This document shows, piece after piece, positions 39,769 to 48,656 of a DNA stretch of 64,000 nt (positions are counted from its first letter, which is position 1; each line of letters begins with the position of its first letter). Under the pieces are notes generated by a model. That model was not told where the DNA came from. It ran no database searches and saw only the letters and a program-made list of their open reading frames with translations. A program made the translations under genes and the position numbers. The stretch comes from Candidatus Aenigmatarchaeota archaeon (GTDB lineage Archaea; Aenigmatarchaeota; Aenigmatarchaeia; PWEA01), in NCBI GenBank assembly GCA_046539325.1, contig JBKHHD010000004.1:1-64000 (forward strand), read 5' to 3'.

Positions 39769-40032
39769 TCAGTCCTCCGTAACGTAGACCAGGAACTTGC
39801 CCTCGGGCGGGGCCGAGACCTCCAGTTTTAGGTCCTTAATGAGTCTGTAGTATCTCCTCCTTCCTTCTTTGTAGCTTTCTATAATACCTCCCCCCTCTAG
39901 TTTTTCCAGGTGATGTTTCGTCCTCTTTCCGTCCATGTCGGTCAGTTCCATAAGTTCCGAGACGTACCTATCTTCCCGACTCAGATGTTTCAGTATCTCC
40001 AACCTTTTCTTGGATCCTATTATCTCCAACAT
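39769..40032 (-). CDS. ArsR-family wHTH regulator
   Basis: RLEILKHLS..YVSEL...HHLEKLE..G.RRYY. Confidence 0.85.
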   Translation of the reverse strand: MLEIIGSKKRLEILKHLSREDRYVSELMELTDMDGKRTKHHLEKLEGGGIIESYKEGRRRYYRLIKDLKLEVSAPPEGKFLVYVTED

Positions 40033-40094
40033 ATATGTATAAAATTACTAAAAACATTTATATATTTTACCTGTAAGTAGAAGAATGTGATATA

Positions 40095-40373
40095 ATGGAA
40101 ATTTCAGACAACAAATCCGAAGGCAGAAAAAACATCGAGGGCAACTTCAACAAGGAGTTCTACATGGGAAGAGAAGAACTCAGTGATTTTCTCAAGAACC
40201 TGGCAGATGAAATAGAGCAGGGAAATGAACTGGAGATAAAGACTGACGAGTGGGTCCTTCCCTTCAAGTTCAGGGACAACGTAGAAGTAGAAATAGACAA
40301 GGATTACGAGGAGCTGGAGATAGAGCTGGAGTTCGAAGAGTTCGAGAAGAAGGAGAACGTCACAGTAGGCTAA
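40095..40373 (+). CDS. Amphi-Trp domain-like protein
   Basis: REELSDFLKNLADEIE.G...ELEIELEF pattern. Confidence 0.65.
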   Translation: MEISDNKSEGRKNIEGNFNKEFYMGREELSDFLKNLADEIEQGNELEIKTDEWVLPFKFRDNVEVEIDKDYEELEIELEFEEFEKKENVTVG

Positions 40374-40435
40374 TGCCCTCAACCCCTTATTTTTTATTTT
40401 ATACCTTGGATACCGTACTTTTGTGAGGTGAAAGG

Positions 40436-40932
40436 ATGAAAGATATGTGGAGAGAAGTCCCAGCCGGTGAAGACGTACCAAAGGTTGTAAACGCAGTTGT
40501 GGAAATCCCCGAAGGATCCAAGAACAAGTACGAATACAGCAAGGAGTACGGAGGCTTCAAGCTGGACCGTGTACTACACTCCACGGTTTTCTACCCAGGA
40601 GACTATGGCTTCATACCCCAAACACTTTACGATGACGGAGATCCACTGGATGTTCTTGTTTTGGTAAACGAGCCTACTTTCCCAGGATGTGTGATACCTG
40701 TCAAGCCCGTTGCTCTGGTAGAGATGAAGGACGGTGAGGAAAGCGACGACAAGGTCCTGGCGGTTCCCGTAAACGATCCCAACTTTCAGGAAATGGAAAC
40801 AAAAGAGGACATACCTTCCCACCGTCTGAAGGAGACGAGCACACGGAGGTACTTGGTTGGGGAACAAAGGAGGAAGCATACGAAGCTATCGAGAACTCCT
40901 TTGAGAAGTTCAAGGAAGGAGAGAATTCGTAA
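40436..40932 (+). pseudogene. ppa: Inorganic pyrophosphatase with internal deletion and frameshift
   Basis: EIPEGS.NKYE, LDRVL, YPGDYG, DGDPLD, DDKVL; after HRLKE the conserved FF..YK segment is missing and the C-terminus (TEVLGWG...EAI) is in another frame ending TAA 40932. Confidence 0.8.
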
Positions 40933-40976
40933 CCGGTGTTCGAAAAGTTAAATAAATTCAAGTCAAACAGTGCTAT

Positions 40977-41870
40977 ATGAAGCGCCTGATAGCCCTGGTT
41001 GCACTTATTTGGATCTTTTCAGTTCCAGGAGCTGTCGCCGCGGAGAGCCATGATATCACATTTGAAGTTAAGGATGGGTCTGTCGAAGTAGGTGAGGAAC
41101 TAGTACTTGGCAACGATACAGAAGAGCTGAGATTCTTTGTACCAGGTGACACCTACAACATCCGCACACGGATAGATGGCGATCCTACGACCTTCGACCT
41201 TGTGGATGAAGACAACAAGAGAATAATGGTCTTGGACATCGAAGAGAGCGCGGAAACAGCTTCCCTCGAGTACGAATCCTCTGAGCCTGTCGATGAAGGG
41301 AGCCCATCTTACTTCGTATACGGCTTTCGTACCGATAGGCGAACAGAAAATGTCGATATAAAGCTGGTACTTCCAGAAGGGGCTGTTCTGTCCGGATCTC
41401 TTGACTCTACTACGCCGCCTGTAAACCCGCAGCCTGAAGAGGTCACTACAACAGGTAAAAGGCTTGTGATCAGGTGGCATGAAGAAGACTTCGAACCTGA
41501 AGACACCTTCTCTATGTTCGTTTCGTACGAGGAGGACAGTTTCAACTGGTTGTATCTCCTTCCGTTGCTCGCTCTGGGCGTCATTGCAGCCTTGTTTTTC
41601 TACTACAGAAAAAAGCGTGTAGAGGAAGTACTGGACTCGTTTTCACATCTCTTGGACAAAGAGAAGAAGATCGTCGAGGAGCTGGCCAAGGCCGATGAAA
41701 ACACATTATGGCAGAAGCAACTTCAGCACAGAACGGGTTTCACCAAGTCCAAACTCAGCCGTACGGTACGGAATCTCGAGGAAAGAAACGTCTTGGAGAA
41801 GATACCCCACGGAACCTCAAACAAGGTGAGACTGATCTTAGAGGGCGGCTCAGACGAAAAGGAGGACTAA
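40977..41870 (+). CDS. Signal peptide + extracellular beta domain + TM + C-terminal wHTH regulator
   Basis: TM WLYLLPLLALGVIAALFFYY; WQKQL..TGFTKSKLSRTVRNLEER. Confidence 0.75.
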   Translation: MKRLIALVALIWIFSVPGAVAAESHDITFEVKDGSVEVGEELVLGNDTEELRFFVPGDTYNIRTRIDGDPTTFDLVDEDNKRIMVLDIEESAETASLEYESSEPVDEGSPSYFVYGFRTDRRTENVDIKLVLPEGAVLSGSLDSTTPPVNPQPEEVTTTGKRLVIRWHEEDFEPEDTFSMFVSYEEDSFNWLYLLPLLALGVIAALFFYYRKKRVEEVLDSFSHLLDKEKKIVEELAKADENTLWQKQLQHRTGFTKSKLSRTVRNLEERNVLEKIPHGTSNKVRLILEGGSDEKED

Positions 41871-41962
41871 TTCTCTTACTTGTTGCGACTTGTTTCGCGC
41901 CGTTTCGGCCAACCTTCAAGGGGTAAAGACTACAAGTTAATGGTACGTGGAGGTGTTAAATT

Positions 41963-42718
41963 ATGAAAAAGATTGCAAAGGTTCTGACAGCTTTGGTAGC
42001 ATCAGTCCTGATCTTCTCACCACTGGCTGCTGCACAGCCCCAGCTTCCTGATCCAGGAATTACACCGGATAGTCCCTTTTACGGTTTGGACAAGGCCTTC
42101 GATAGGTTTCAGTCCAGTGAAGCCGTAGCGGACGAAAGAGTAGCTGAGATCAAGGCCATGGCCGAGGAAGACAAGACGGAAGCCATGGAAAAGGCCGTTG
42201 AAGGATACGAAGGAGGGATGCAGAGGTCAGAAAGAGAAGCAGGCAACGATACCAACAGATTAGAAGAGAAAGCAAGACAGGCAAGCAACCACATGGCTCA
42301 CCTGGCTAACGTCAGCGAAAGAGTTCCTGAACAGGCTAGACAGGGGATTGAGAGAGCTATGGAAGACGGTGCACGTTCCAGGGAAAGATCCGTAGAGGGC
42401 ATCAACAGAACAGATCCAGAAAGAGCTAGGAATGTAGCAGAAGCCACACTGGAGGAAGTAATGGCCAACACGCCTGAACAGGCAAGAAAGGGTCTTGAGA
42501 CAGCTCTGGACAACGTCAGAAGAGAAAGAGGTGGAAAGCGTATAGGTCCACCTTCCAACGCCAGCGAAAGAGGTCCTGAAGGGAGAATTCCCGACGAAGA
42601 AGAGAGAGGTGAAAACGGACCCGAGAACGGTGGTCCGGATAACGTGACCGAAGAGACAGAAGCAGGAGAAGAAGCTGAAAACGGATCCGAAGACGAAGAA
42701 CCCCAGTCGCCTGTATAG
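41963..42718 (+). CDS. Secreted DUF5667-like helical protein
   Basis: Signal peptide, PGITPDSPFYGLDKAFD, repeated P-EQAR-G-E-A, acidic tail; GGAGGTG RBS. Confidence 0.7.
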   Translation: MKKIAKVLTALVASVLIFSPLAAAQPQLPDPGITPDSPFYGLDKAFDRFQSSEAVADERVAEIKAMAEEDKTEAMEKAVEGYEGGMQRSEREAGNDTNRLEEKARQASNHMAHLANVSERVPEQARQGIERAMEDGARSRERSVEGINRTDPERARNVAEATLEEVMANTPEQARKGLETALDNVRRERGGKRIGPPSNASERGPEGRIPDEEERGENGPENGGPDNVTEETEAGEEAENGSEDEEPQSPV

Positions 42719-42806
42719 GCGGTCCAACCCTTATTTTTTCTTTATTTCTTCAGTATACTTCTTTTACGAATTAAAACTTTTTAATACAGCTTCCAATAAC
42801 TAGCCT

Positions 42807-43004
42807 ATGAAAGACAGGATAGGTGAGCTTGCCGGGAAAATCTATCATTTTTTGGAGAGTAACGGAGAAGCCAGCATGAGCCAGATAGCGAAGAACATAG
42901 ATGGTCCAAAATCTAAGACGAATATGGCAATAGGTTGGTTGGCAAGGGAAGATAAACTCGAGTTCTTCAAGAAGGGCAATGGAACCGGTATAAGGCTCAA
43001 GTAG
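42807..43004 (+). CDS. Small winged-helix protein (DUF2582-like)
   Basis: IGELAGKIY...MAIGWLAREDKL. Confidence 0.8.
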   Translation: MKDRIGELAGKIYHFLESNGEASMSQIAKNIDGPKSKTNMAIGWLAREDKLEFFKKGNGTGIRLK

Positions 43005-43060
43005 GTCTTAGACTGAAACACATCTCTTCCAGTTACATACATAACAGCTAAAGGAGTTTT

Positions 43061-44374
43061 ATGTTAAAGAGAGAGACTTGGGATACAAGGATAGGTTTCA
43101 TACTAGCGGCCGTGGGGAGCGCAGTTGGCCTCGGAAACATATGGCGCTTTCCCTTTCGTGCAGGCCAGGCCGGCGGAGCAGCCTTCGTGATAATATACCT
43201 TGCCTTCGTATTTCTGATAGGACTTCCTTCCTTACTTGTGGAGTTCGTGATAGGTCGCAGAGCGAAGAAAGACGTCGTAGACGCCTTCGATGAAATAGGT
43301 TACGGAAAGTGGAAGTTTGTAGGGATTATCGGTGCGGTCACAGGCTTCATAATAACAGCTTACTACAGCGTCGTGAGCGGATGGGTTCTGAGGTATATCG
43401 GTGCGAGCGCGACAGGAAGCTACTTTGCCGACGTATCCGGCTACTTTGAAACTATCTCCACCGGAACAGGAGCTTTACTGTTCCACCTTGTTTTCATGGG
43501 TATAATCGCCGGAATCGATTCCCTCGGTGTGAAGAAGGGTATAGAAAAGACTGTCAAGTTCATGGTCCCTGCGATAGCTTTCCTCTTCGGAATTCTTGGT
43601 ATCTATGCATTCACTCTGGAAGGCTCGGGTGCTGGCTACTCCTTCTACCTTTCCCCAGACTTCGCGTACATAGCCGAGAACTGGTTTTCGATACTGTCCG
43701 AAGCTGCTGGACAGGCCTTCTTTACACTGTCCCTGGGAATGGGTGCTCTGGTGACCTACGCCTCGTATCTACACGGGGAGAAAAATATGTTCGAGGACGC
43801 CGCATCCATAGTTGGCTTCGACACATTAATAGCTGTAATCGGAGGCTTCGTAGTTTTCCCACTTCTCTTCGCTGCAGGGATAAGACCCGCCGAACCAGGT
43901 GCCGGGGCACTTTTCATCGGAGTCAGTGAAGCGATCGCGCAGATACCCGGAGGCCGTGCCATAGGCTTCATGCTCTTTTTCGCAGTCTTCATAGCAGCGC
44001 TTTCCAGCGCAGTGAGTATCCTGGAGGTTATAGTTTCCTACGCAGTCGACCACCTCGGCATAAGGAGAAAGGTGGCTTCACCACTGGTCGCAACCCTGAT
44101 ATTTCTGGCCGGTGTTCCTGTTGCACTCCGAGGATCGTTGCTGGGAGTGTACGACCATTTCGCCTCGAAAGTCCTACTTCCCCTTGGCATGTTCCTCCTA
44201 GTGTTGTTCGTGGGATGGTTTTTCAAGGAATCAGGGGATGAACTCTCAAAGGGAATAGAATCAAAAAAGTGGGTAAAGGTATGGCTCTGGTACGTACGGA
44301 TCCCGATCCTCCTGGTCACGGCCTTCGTTCTAGTCATAAACGTACTCGATTACCTCGGAGTTCTGGTCTTATAG
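43061..44374 (+). CDS. Sodium-dependent NSS/SNF family (LeuT-like) amino-acid transporter
   Basis: RETW, GSAVGLGNIWRFP, QAFFTLSLG, AALSS. Confidence 0.95.
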   Translation: MLKRETWDTRIGFILAAVGSAVGLGNIWRFPFRAGQAGGAAFVIIYLAFVFLIGLPSLLVEFVIGRRAKKDVVDAFDEIGYGKWKFVGIIGAVTGFIITAYYSVVSGWVLRYIGASATGSYFADVSGYFETISTGTGALLFHLVFMGIIAGIDSLGVKKGIEKTVKFMVPAIAFLFGILGIYAFTLEGSGAGYSFYLSPDFAYIAENWFSILSEAAGQAFFTLSLGMGALVTYASYLHGEKNMFEDAASIVGFDTLIAVIGGFVVFPLLFAAGIRPAEPGAGALFIGVSEAIAQIPGGRAIGFMLFFAVFIAALSSAVSILEVIVSYAVDHLGIRRKVASPLVATLIFLAGVPVALRGSLLGVYDHFASKVLLPLGMFLLVLFVGWFFKESGDELSKGIESKKWVKVWLWYVRIPILLVTAFVLVINVLDYLGVLVL

Positions 44375-44394
44375 ATAAAAATAAAGAAAGGGGG
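44375..44394 (-). terminator. C-tract + U-rich terminator after TIP49 remnant
   Basis: CCCCCTTTCTTTATTTT; similar elements follow stops at 8755, 39589, 40373 and 42718. Confidence 0.5.
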
Positions 44395-44526
44395 TTAGGA
44401 CAGCATCCTGTCCTGGTAGTCCTTTGCCTTGCCTTCTTCGTCCAGTCCGAGGCCAGAGATATGTGAATGCGAACCTATACGTTCGAACTCCTCGACGTCT
44501 TCAGAAACTTCCTCTATTTCTACCAC
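44395..44526 (-). pseudogene. TIP49/RuvB-like helicase remnant (43 codons)
   Basis: MVEIEEVSEDVEEFERIGSHSHISGLGLDEEGKAKDYQDRMLS matches the TIP49 N-terminal ERIG-HSHI-GLGLD signature; GGTGA RBS; not in ORF track. Confidence 0.8.
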
Positions 44527-44638
44527 TGTATCACCAATCTTTTTTGAAAGAGGTTATGACTTAAAAATATTAAGTAAGTTGGGTTACCGAAAATAAAAAT
44601 AAGAGAAGGAAAGTTTTTAGGAATTTTCTTACTCTTTT

Positions 44639-44854
44639 CTATTCCTTCCACACCCCCGAAAGAATGGAAAATCCTGTGAGCACTGCAGCCGATAGAACGA
44701 CATAGTCTCCTGCAGGCTGATATCCTGCGAGTCCTGCTCCGGTCTCCACGACGAAGATTACTACGAAAAAGGCCAGTATCGACAGGATAAGCATTACTAT
44801 AGCGGCGACGATATTACCAGAGATCCCGGAAAGTACCTTTTTGGCAGATGCCAT
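44639..44854 (-). CDS. Small two-TM membrane protein
   Basis: Hydrophobic 71 aa; GGGGTGA RBS. Confidence 0.7.
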   Translation of the reverse strand: MASAKKVLSGISGNIVAAIVMLILSILAFFVVIFVVETGAGLAGYQPAGDYVVLSAAVLTGFSILSGVWKE

Positions 44855-44918
44855 TTAATCACCCCACTGCTTATTACTTCTTCAGAAATAAAAAATTATC
44901 CTTGTATACACGGTGATC

Positions 44919-45404
44919 TTACTTTAATTTGTTCAGAACTTTCTTTAATTCCGAAAGGGAGGTAACAATCTTTCCGCCGTTCTCCTTTACGAAGTACTCG
45001 ACCTGAAGATTCACAGATGTTCCGAGGTTTTCCGAGGAAAGTCTGAAATCACTCCTGTAGCCAATAATCTTCTTTCCAATTCCTGCTGCGTAGCCGACTT
45101 CTGAGGCCGTGCCACTATCGACATCAGAGCCTTCGAGAATTGCCAAAATTAGATCACAGTTTTGAATTGATTTTCTATTCATCTCACCAATTTCTCTGTC
45201 CAGTTCAGCCAGTTTATCTCTTCTTTCGTCTATATCCGATATGTTTCCCAGCTTCTTTACTTTGTCATCAGGGATGTTGCTAAAAGGGTTTATGACATCA
45301 AACCCGAGTTCCTCGACTTCAGGGATCAACTCTTCTTGAAGGAAGTATCTACCTGGCTCAGAAAAACCCAAAGGATTGGCAAGGTATACCGTCTTCTTAT
45401 TCAT
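44919..45404 (-). CDS. Nucleoside 2-deoxyribosyltransferase / nucleotide N-hydrolase family
   Basis: VYLANP, DSGTASEVGYA, NL. Confidence 0.85.
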   Translation of the reverse strand: MNKKTVYLANPLGFSEPGRYFLQEELIPEVEELGFDVINPFSNIPDDKVKKLGNISDIDERRDKLAELDREIGEMNRKSIQNCDLILAILEGSDVDSGTASEVGYAAGIGKKIIGYRSDFRLSSENLGTSVNLQVEYFVKENGGKIVTSLSELKKVLNKLK

Positions 45405-45425
45405 ACTTATCCAAACTGCTTGAAC

Positions 45426-46004
45426 CTAGTAAGTTTTGTTTTCTGGTAAACTTTCGTAAAGATTTTCTGATTCCAAGTAGTTTCCGCCCATTTCTTTGAA
45501 ATCCTTTGAAAGAATTTTTTCGAAGTCTGTTTCTTCGAGTATATCTTCACATTCATCCAAGGCCTCGTAAACTTCTCTGTATCTTTCAGTGATTTCATCT
45601 GAGAAATATCCAGATTCAAAGCCTCCCATAAAAAAATCGTAAAGGTTCTCATGCTCAGGATAAGAGCTTTCAAAAGGCGTATACTTAGAGGCTTGACCTT
45701 CCATCAGTTCGGCATATAGATTCTTCTCTTCGGGGCTGAAATTACGGCCAGACATTCTTTCGTACTGCAATGGATGTATTCCTTCATGGATTGCTGTGAA
45801 ATTCTCCCTTTCAGTACCAAGGTAATCACTGTTTATGGCCACCGTTCCGTTTATAGGTGAATAAACGCCAACTACGTTTTCAGGAACCCCGGCGTCTTCG
45901 GCATCAAAGGTTCCCACGGAGGTTATGTAATCCTCCACATTGAGTTCTTCAGTAACAGTATTTACCTTTTCTGCAAAGGTCTCGTTTCCGTAATTCTCCT
46001 TCAT
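45426..46004 (-). CDS. Hypothetical zincin-like protein
   Basis: GVY...AIHEGIH...MEGQA...Y. Confidence 0.55.
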   Translation of the reverse strand: MKENYGNETFAEKVNTVTEELNVEDYITSVGTFDAEDAGVPENVVGVYSPINGTVAINSDYLGTERENFTAIHEGIHPLQYERMSGRNFSPEEKNLYAELMEGQASKYTPFESSYPEHENLYDFFMGGFESGYFSDEITERYREVYEALDECEDILEETDFEKILSKDFKEMGGNYLESENLYESLPENKTY

Positions 46005-46021
46005 TTTATCACAAAGCTATC

Positions 46022-46429
46022 TCATATTTTTCTTAAAAACTTCCTACCTGAAACTACCAAAAGTATCGTTGAAACCATGGGGAGAAAACTTATTAAGCGT
46101 ACTCCAATATTCGGCTGTGTCAGCTCAAAGAAGCCAGGACGTCCAAGGATTCCAAGAGAAGTGAAGATAACAGCAGATGAAAAGAGGAGATAGCTTCCTG
46201 TAAACTTTCTATTTCTTATGTAATCCGAGGCTACAAAGAGAGCTAGTAATGAAAAGACAAGTCCTATGGTTCCCGAAGCACTCAACACTTTTTCGCCTGT
46301 TCTAAAGAGTCCAATCCCGAAATCAAAGAGCGAGGAAAGGATTCCTAAAAAGGAACCTAAGACTGCATATCCAAACTCTCTGGATATTATTATCTGACAT
46401 TTTCCGCTGATCCTTTGAAATTCTGTCAT
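46022..46429 (-). CDS. Hypothetical membrane protein (about 4 TM)
   Basis: Hydrophobic segments. Confidence 0.55.
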   Translation of the reverse strand: MTEFQRISGKCQIIISREFGYAVLGSFLGILSSLFDFGIGLFRTGEKVLSASGTIGLVFSLLALFVASDYIRNRKFTGSYLLFSSAVIFTSLGILGRPGFFELTQPNIGVRLISFLPMVSTILLVVSGRKFLRKI

Positions 46430-46530
46430 ATTAAACTAGTTGAAGTTTAGAAGGTAAAATTTATAAGATTTGCTTAGGCTCCCGGCTCTAAAAGGGGGAA
46501 AATTATAAGGATCGGGAACAACTTAAAAAC

Positions 46531-46737
46531 ATGGCTCCGGAGAAAAGGCTTTACAGAACAGAAGATAATAGGATATTGGGTGGTGTCTGTGGTGGGATAG
46601 CTGAGTACTTCGACGTGGATCCAACATTGATCAGGCTTCTTTGGGTAGGATTTTCCCTCGCCTTCGGTGGAGGGCTCCTTGCATATATAATAGCTCTAAT
46701 TATAATCCCGAAAAAATCAGATGTAGTTGAGAATTAA
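46531..46737 (+). CDS. PspC domain protein
   Basis: KRLYR..NRILGGVCGGIAEYFDVDPTLIR. Confidence 0.92.
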   Translation: MAPEKRLYRTEDNRILGGVCGGIAEYFDVDPTLIRLLWVGFSLAFGGGLLAYIIALIIIPKKSDVVEN

Positions 46738-47309
46738 AGTCCAGTACTGTTCTTCCGTGAACCTACTCATCTTCCTGGTTATCAGATCTCCGTGAAATAG
46801 CCATACTTTATTACCAAAATCAAAAACTTTTTAAAAAACCAAGTCTGATTTCAAAGCTTAAAACTATCCGTTTCTCAGTCCAGGAAAACAAATCAAAGCA
46901 TGAGGCCAATATATTCCGTAGCCCTTTGATTGTAGCTTACCTCAGAACTTCTTTTATTTCCTCAATAAGCGTTAAATTTCAGGTTCTTCTATTTTCCTTA
47001 TACTTGATAACTTTTCCAAGTATTCATCGAGAGAATAGTCAGTATTCTGTATGTCGGTTATCTTATTGTCGTCATTTTTGGAACCAATTCTTTCACAGTC
47101 TCCTTTTTTCTCCGCCTTTAAAATTGGGTCAAAGTATCCTATGCTCTGAAGTCCCGGAACGTTCGAATTTCGAGAAAGGGTTTCAGGCGCCATAGATACC
47201 ATCTAATGTAGTTATTGTTCTTTAATTTATTTAAAATTTCACATATTAATACGAAATTCGTAATATTCAGGTATTTCAGAAATTTAAGCCTTGAACGGTA
47301 AGTAAGGGT

Positions 47310-47786
47310 ATGAAGTACGTCAAACCGCTCAAGCTGGCCCTTTCAATACTTATCAGTCTTAGCGCCGGCTTCATAGGCTCCTTCTTCACTGCGCAAACCG
47401 TGGATACGTGGTACGCAGGACTAGAGTTGCCAAGGTTTGCACCCCCGGGCTACATTATAAGTGTTATCTGGATTGTTCTGTATGTTCTCATGGGCATAGC
47501 TCTCTACCTCGTACTTACAAAGGATATCTCAGAGAGAAACGTTCAACTGGCTATTGGTGTATTTGGAGTCCAGCTCTTCCTTAACGCTATATGGTCCTAT
47601 CTTTTCTTCGGACTTACTTCACCTCTTTACGGCCTAATAGGAATCATAGCTCTCTGGATAGCTGTAGCCTCTACCATCTACACATTTCAGGAAGTTTCAA
47701 AGAAAGCGTCCTACCTCCTTTACCCGTACATAATCTGGGTCACTATAGCTCTGATCTTGAACTACTTGATATACGTTATGAACTAA
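47310..47786 (+). CDS. TspO/MBR tryptophan-rich sensory protein
   Basis: WYAGLELP.FAPP, QLFLNAIWSYLFFG, LYPYIIW. Confidence 0.92.
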   Translation: MKYVKPLKLALSILISLSAGFIGSFFTAQTVDTWYAGLELPRFAPPGYIISVIWIVLYVLMGIALYLVLTKDISERNVQLAIGVFGVQLFLNAIWSYLFFGLTSPLYGLIGIIALWIAVASTIYTFQEVSKKASYLLYPYIIWVTIALILNYLIYVMN

Positions 47787-47805
47787 TTTATTACCTAGAA
47801 AGAAA

Positions 47806-48480
47806 TCATCTAGACTTTAACTCTCTCTGCTCCATGTAAGAACCTACATTGCTCTCATCCTGGATTTCTGGCCAGAAATTTTTAGACTCATAGTCCTTTG
47901 GAATCTTGTCTTCTTCCTTCAGGATCTCAAATATCTCGTGTCTGTAGTTATTCAAGAGCTTAGCATCATCAAGGTCCTGCTCTCGACTTTTTTCAGAACG
48001 GGTAACAGTATCGTTGTATGCCTTTTTCTTGGCCCTGATAAGCTGGTCTGGATTGGGAACATTAAGATCAAGATTCTCTATCTCTGGAAAGTCTTCATTG
48101 AAGTCAACCGTTAGTTCCTTCTCTTTTTCTAGATCATCCATAAATGGATAGTCGGTTATAAGGTCTATGAATGTCTCAGGTTTTCCAGGATTGGGGACCC
48201 TTGCCTCAGAAATTTTATCCCTCGGGAGGCGGGCGCCGCTCCTACCTGCGCTAAAATTATATTCCTCGGCCAGTTCAAAGACAGGAAGAATATCGTTCGT
48301 TGCAATATCTACGTCATCGGTTTCTCTGTATTTATGCACTTCGCCTTCGCCTTTTGTCTTTTCTAATAAATATCTAAATGCTATTCCACCGACAAGATAG
48401 CCTTGAATTTCTTTTCCATGGTCACCAAGAACTTCGTCAAACTCCTCTATCGTTTCGTAAGCTTCATCCCAGGTTTTCAT
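47806..48480 (-). CDS. Nucleotidyltransferase (AbiEii/DUF6036-like)
   Basis: YLVGGIA...RETDDVDI, LIRAK, REQDLDD. Confidence 0.65.
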   Translation of the reverse strand: MKTWDEAYETIEEFDEVLGDHGKEIQGYLVGGIAFRYLLEKTKGEGEVHKYRETDDVDIATNDILPVFELAEEYNFSAGRSGARLPRDKISEARVPNPGKPETFIDLITDYPFMDDLEKEKELTVDFNEDFPEIENLDLNVPNPDQLIRAKKKAYNDTVTRSEKSREQDLDDAKLLNNYRHEIFEILKEEDKIPKDYESKNFWPEIQDESNVGSYMEQRELKSR

Positions 48481-48656
48481 AGTAATTACTTATCAGTAAC
48501 AATATATAAAACTTTTCTTTGTTGTGATCCGCACCTTCTAACCTTATATTATCTTTCTACTTTATAGTTTATTAATAACTTGAGCAGAAATGGCCTTGCC
48601 TTTCGCCCATATTTAAATATTACAACCCATAAACCATACACATCTAAGGCGGTAGC

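Noticed and set aside
40833-40951. Programmed frameshift in ppa
   Set aside because: No slippery sequence, and conserved residues are physically missing, so recoding would not restore the enzyme
46740-47300. Short ORFs 46926-47195 (+) and 46972-47202 (-)
   Set aside because: No recognisable motif or clear RBS; possibly decayed sequence
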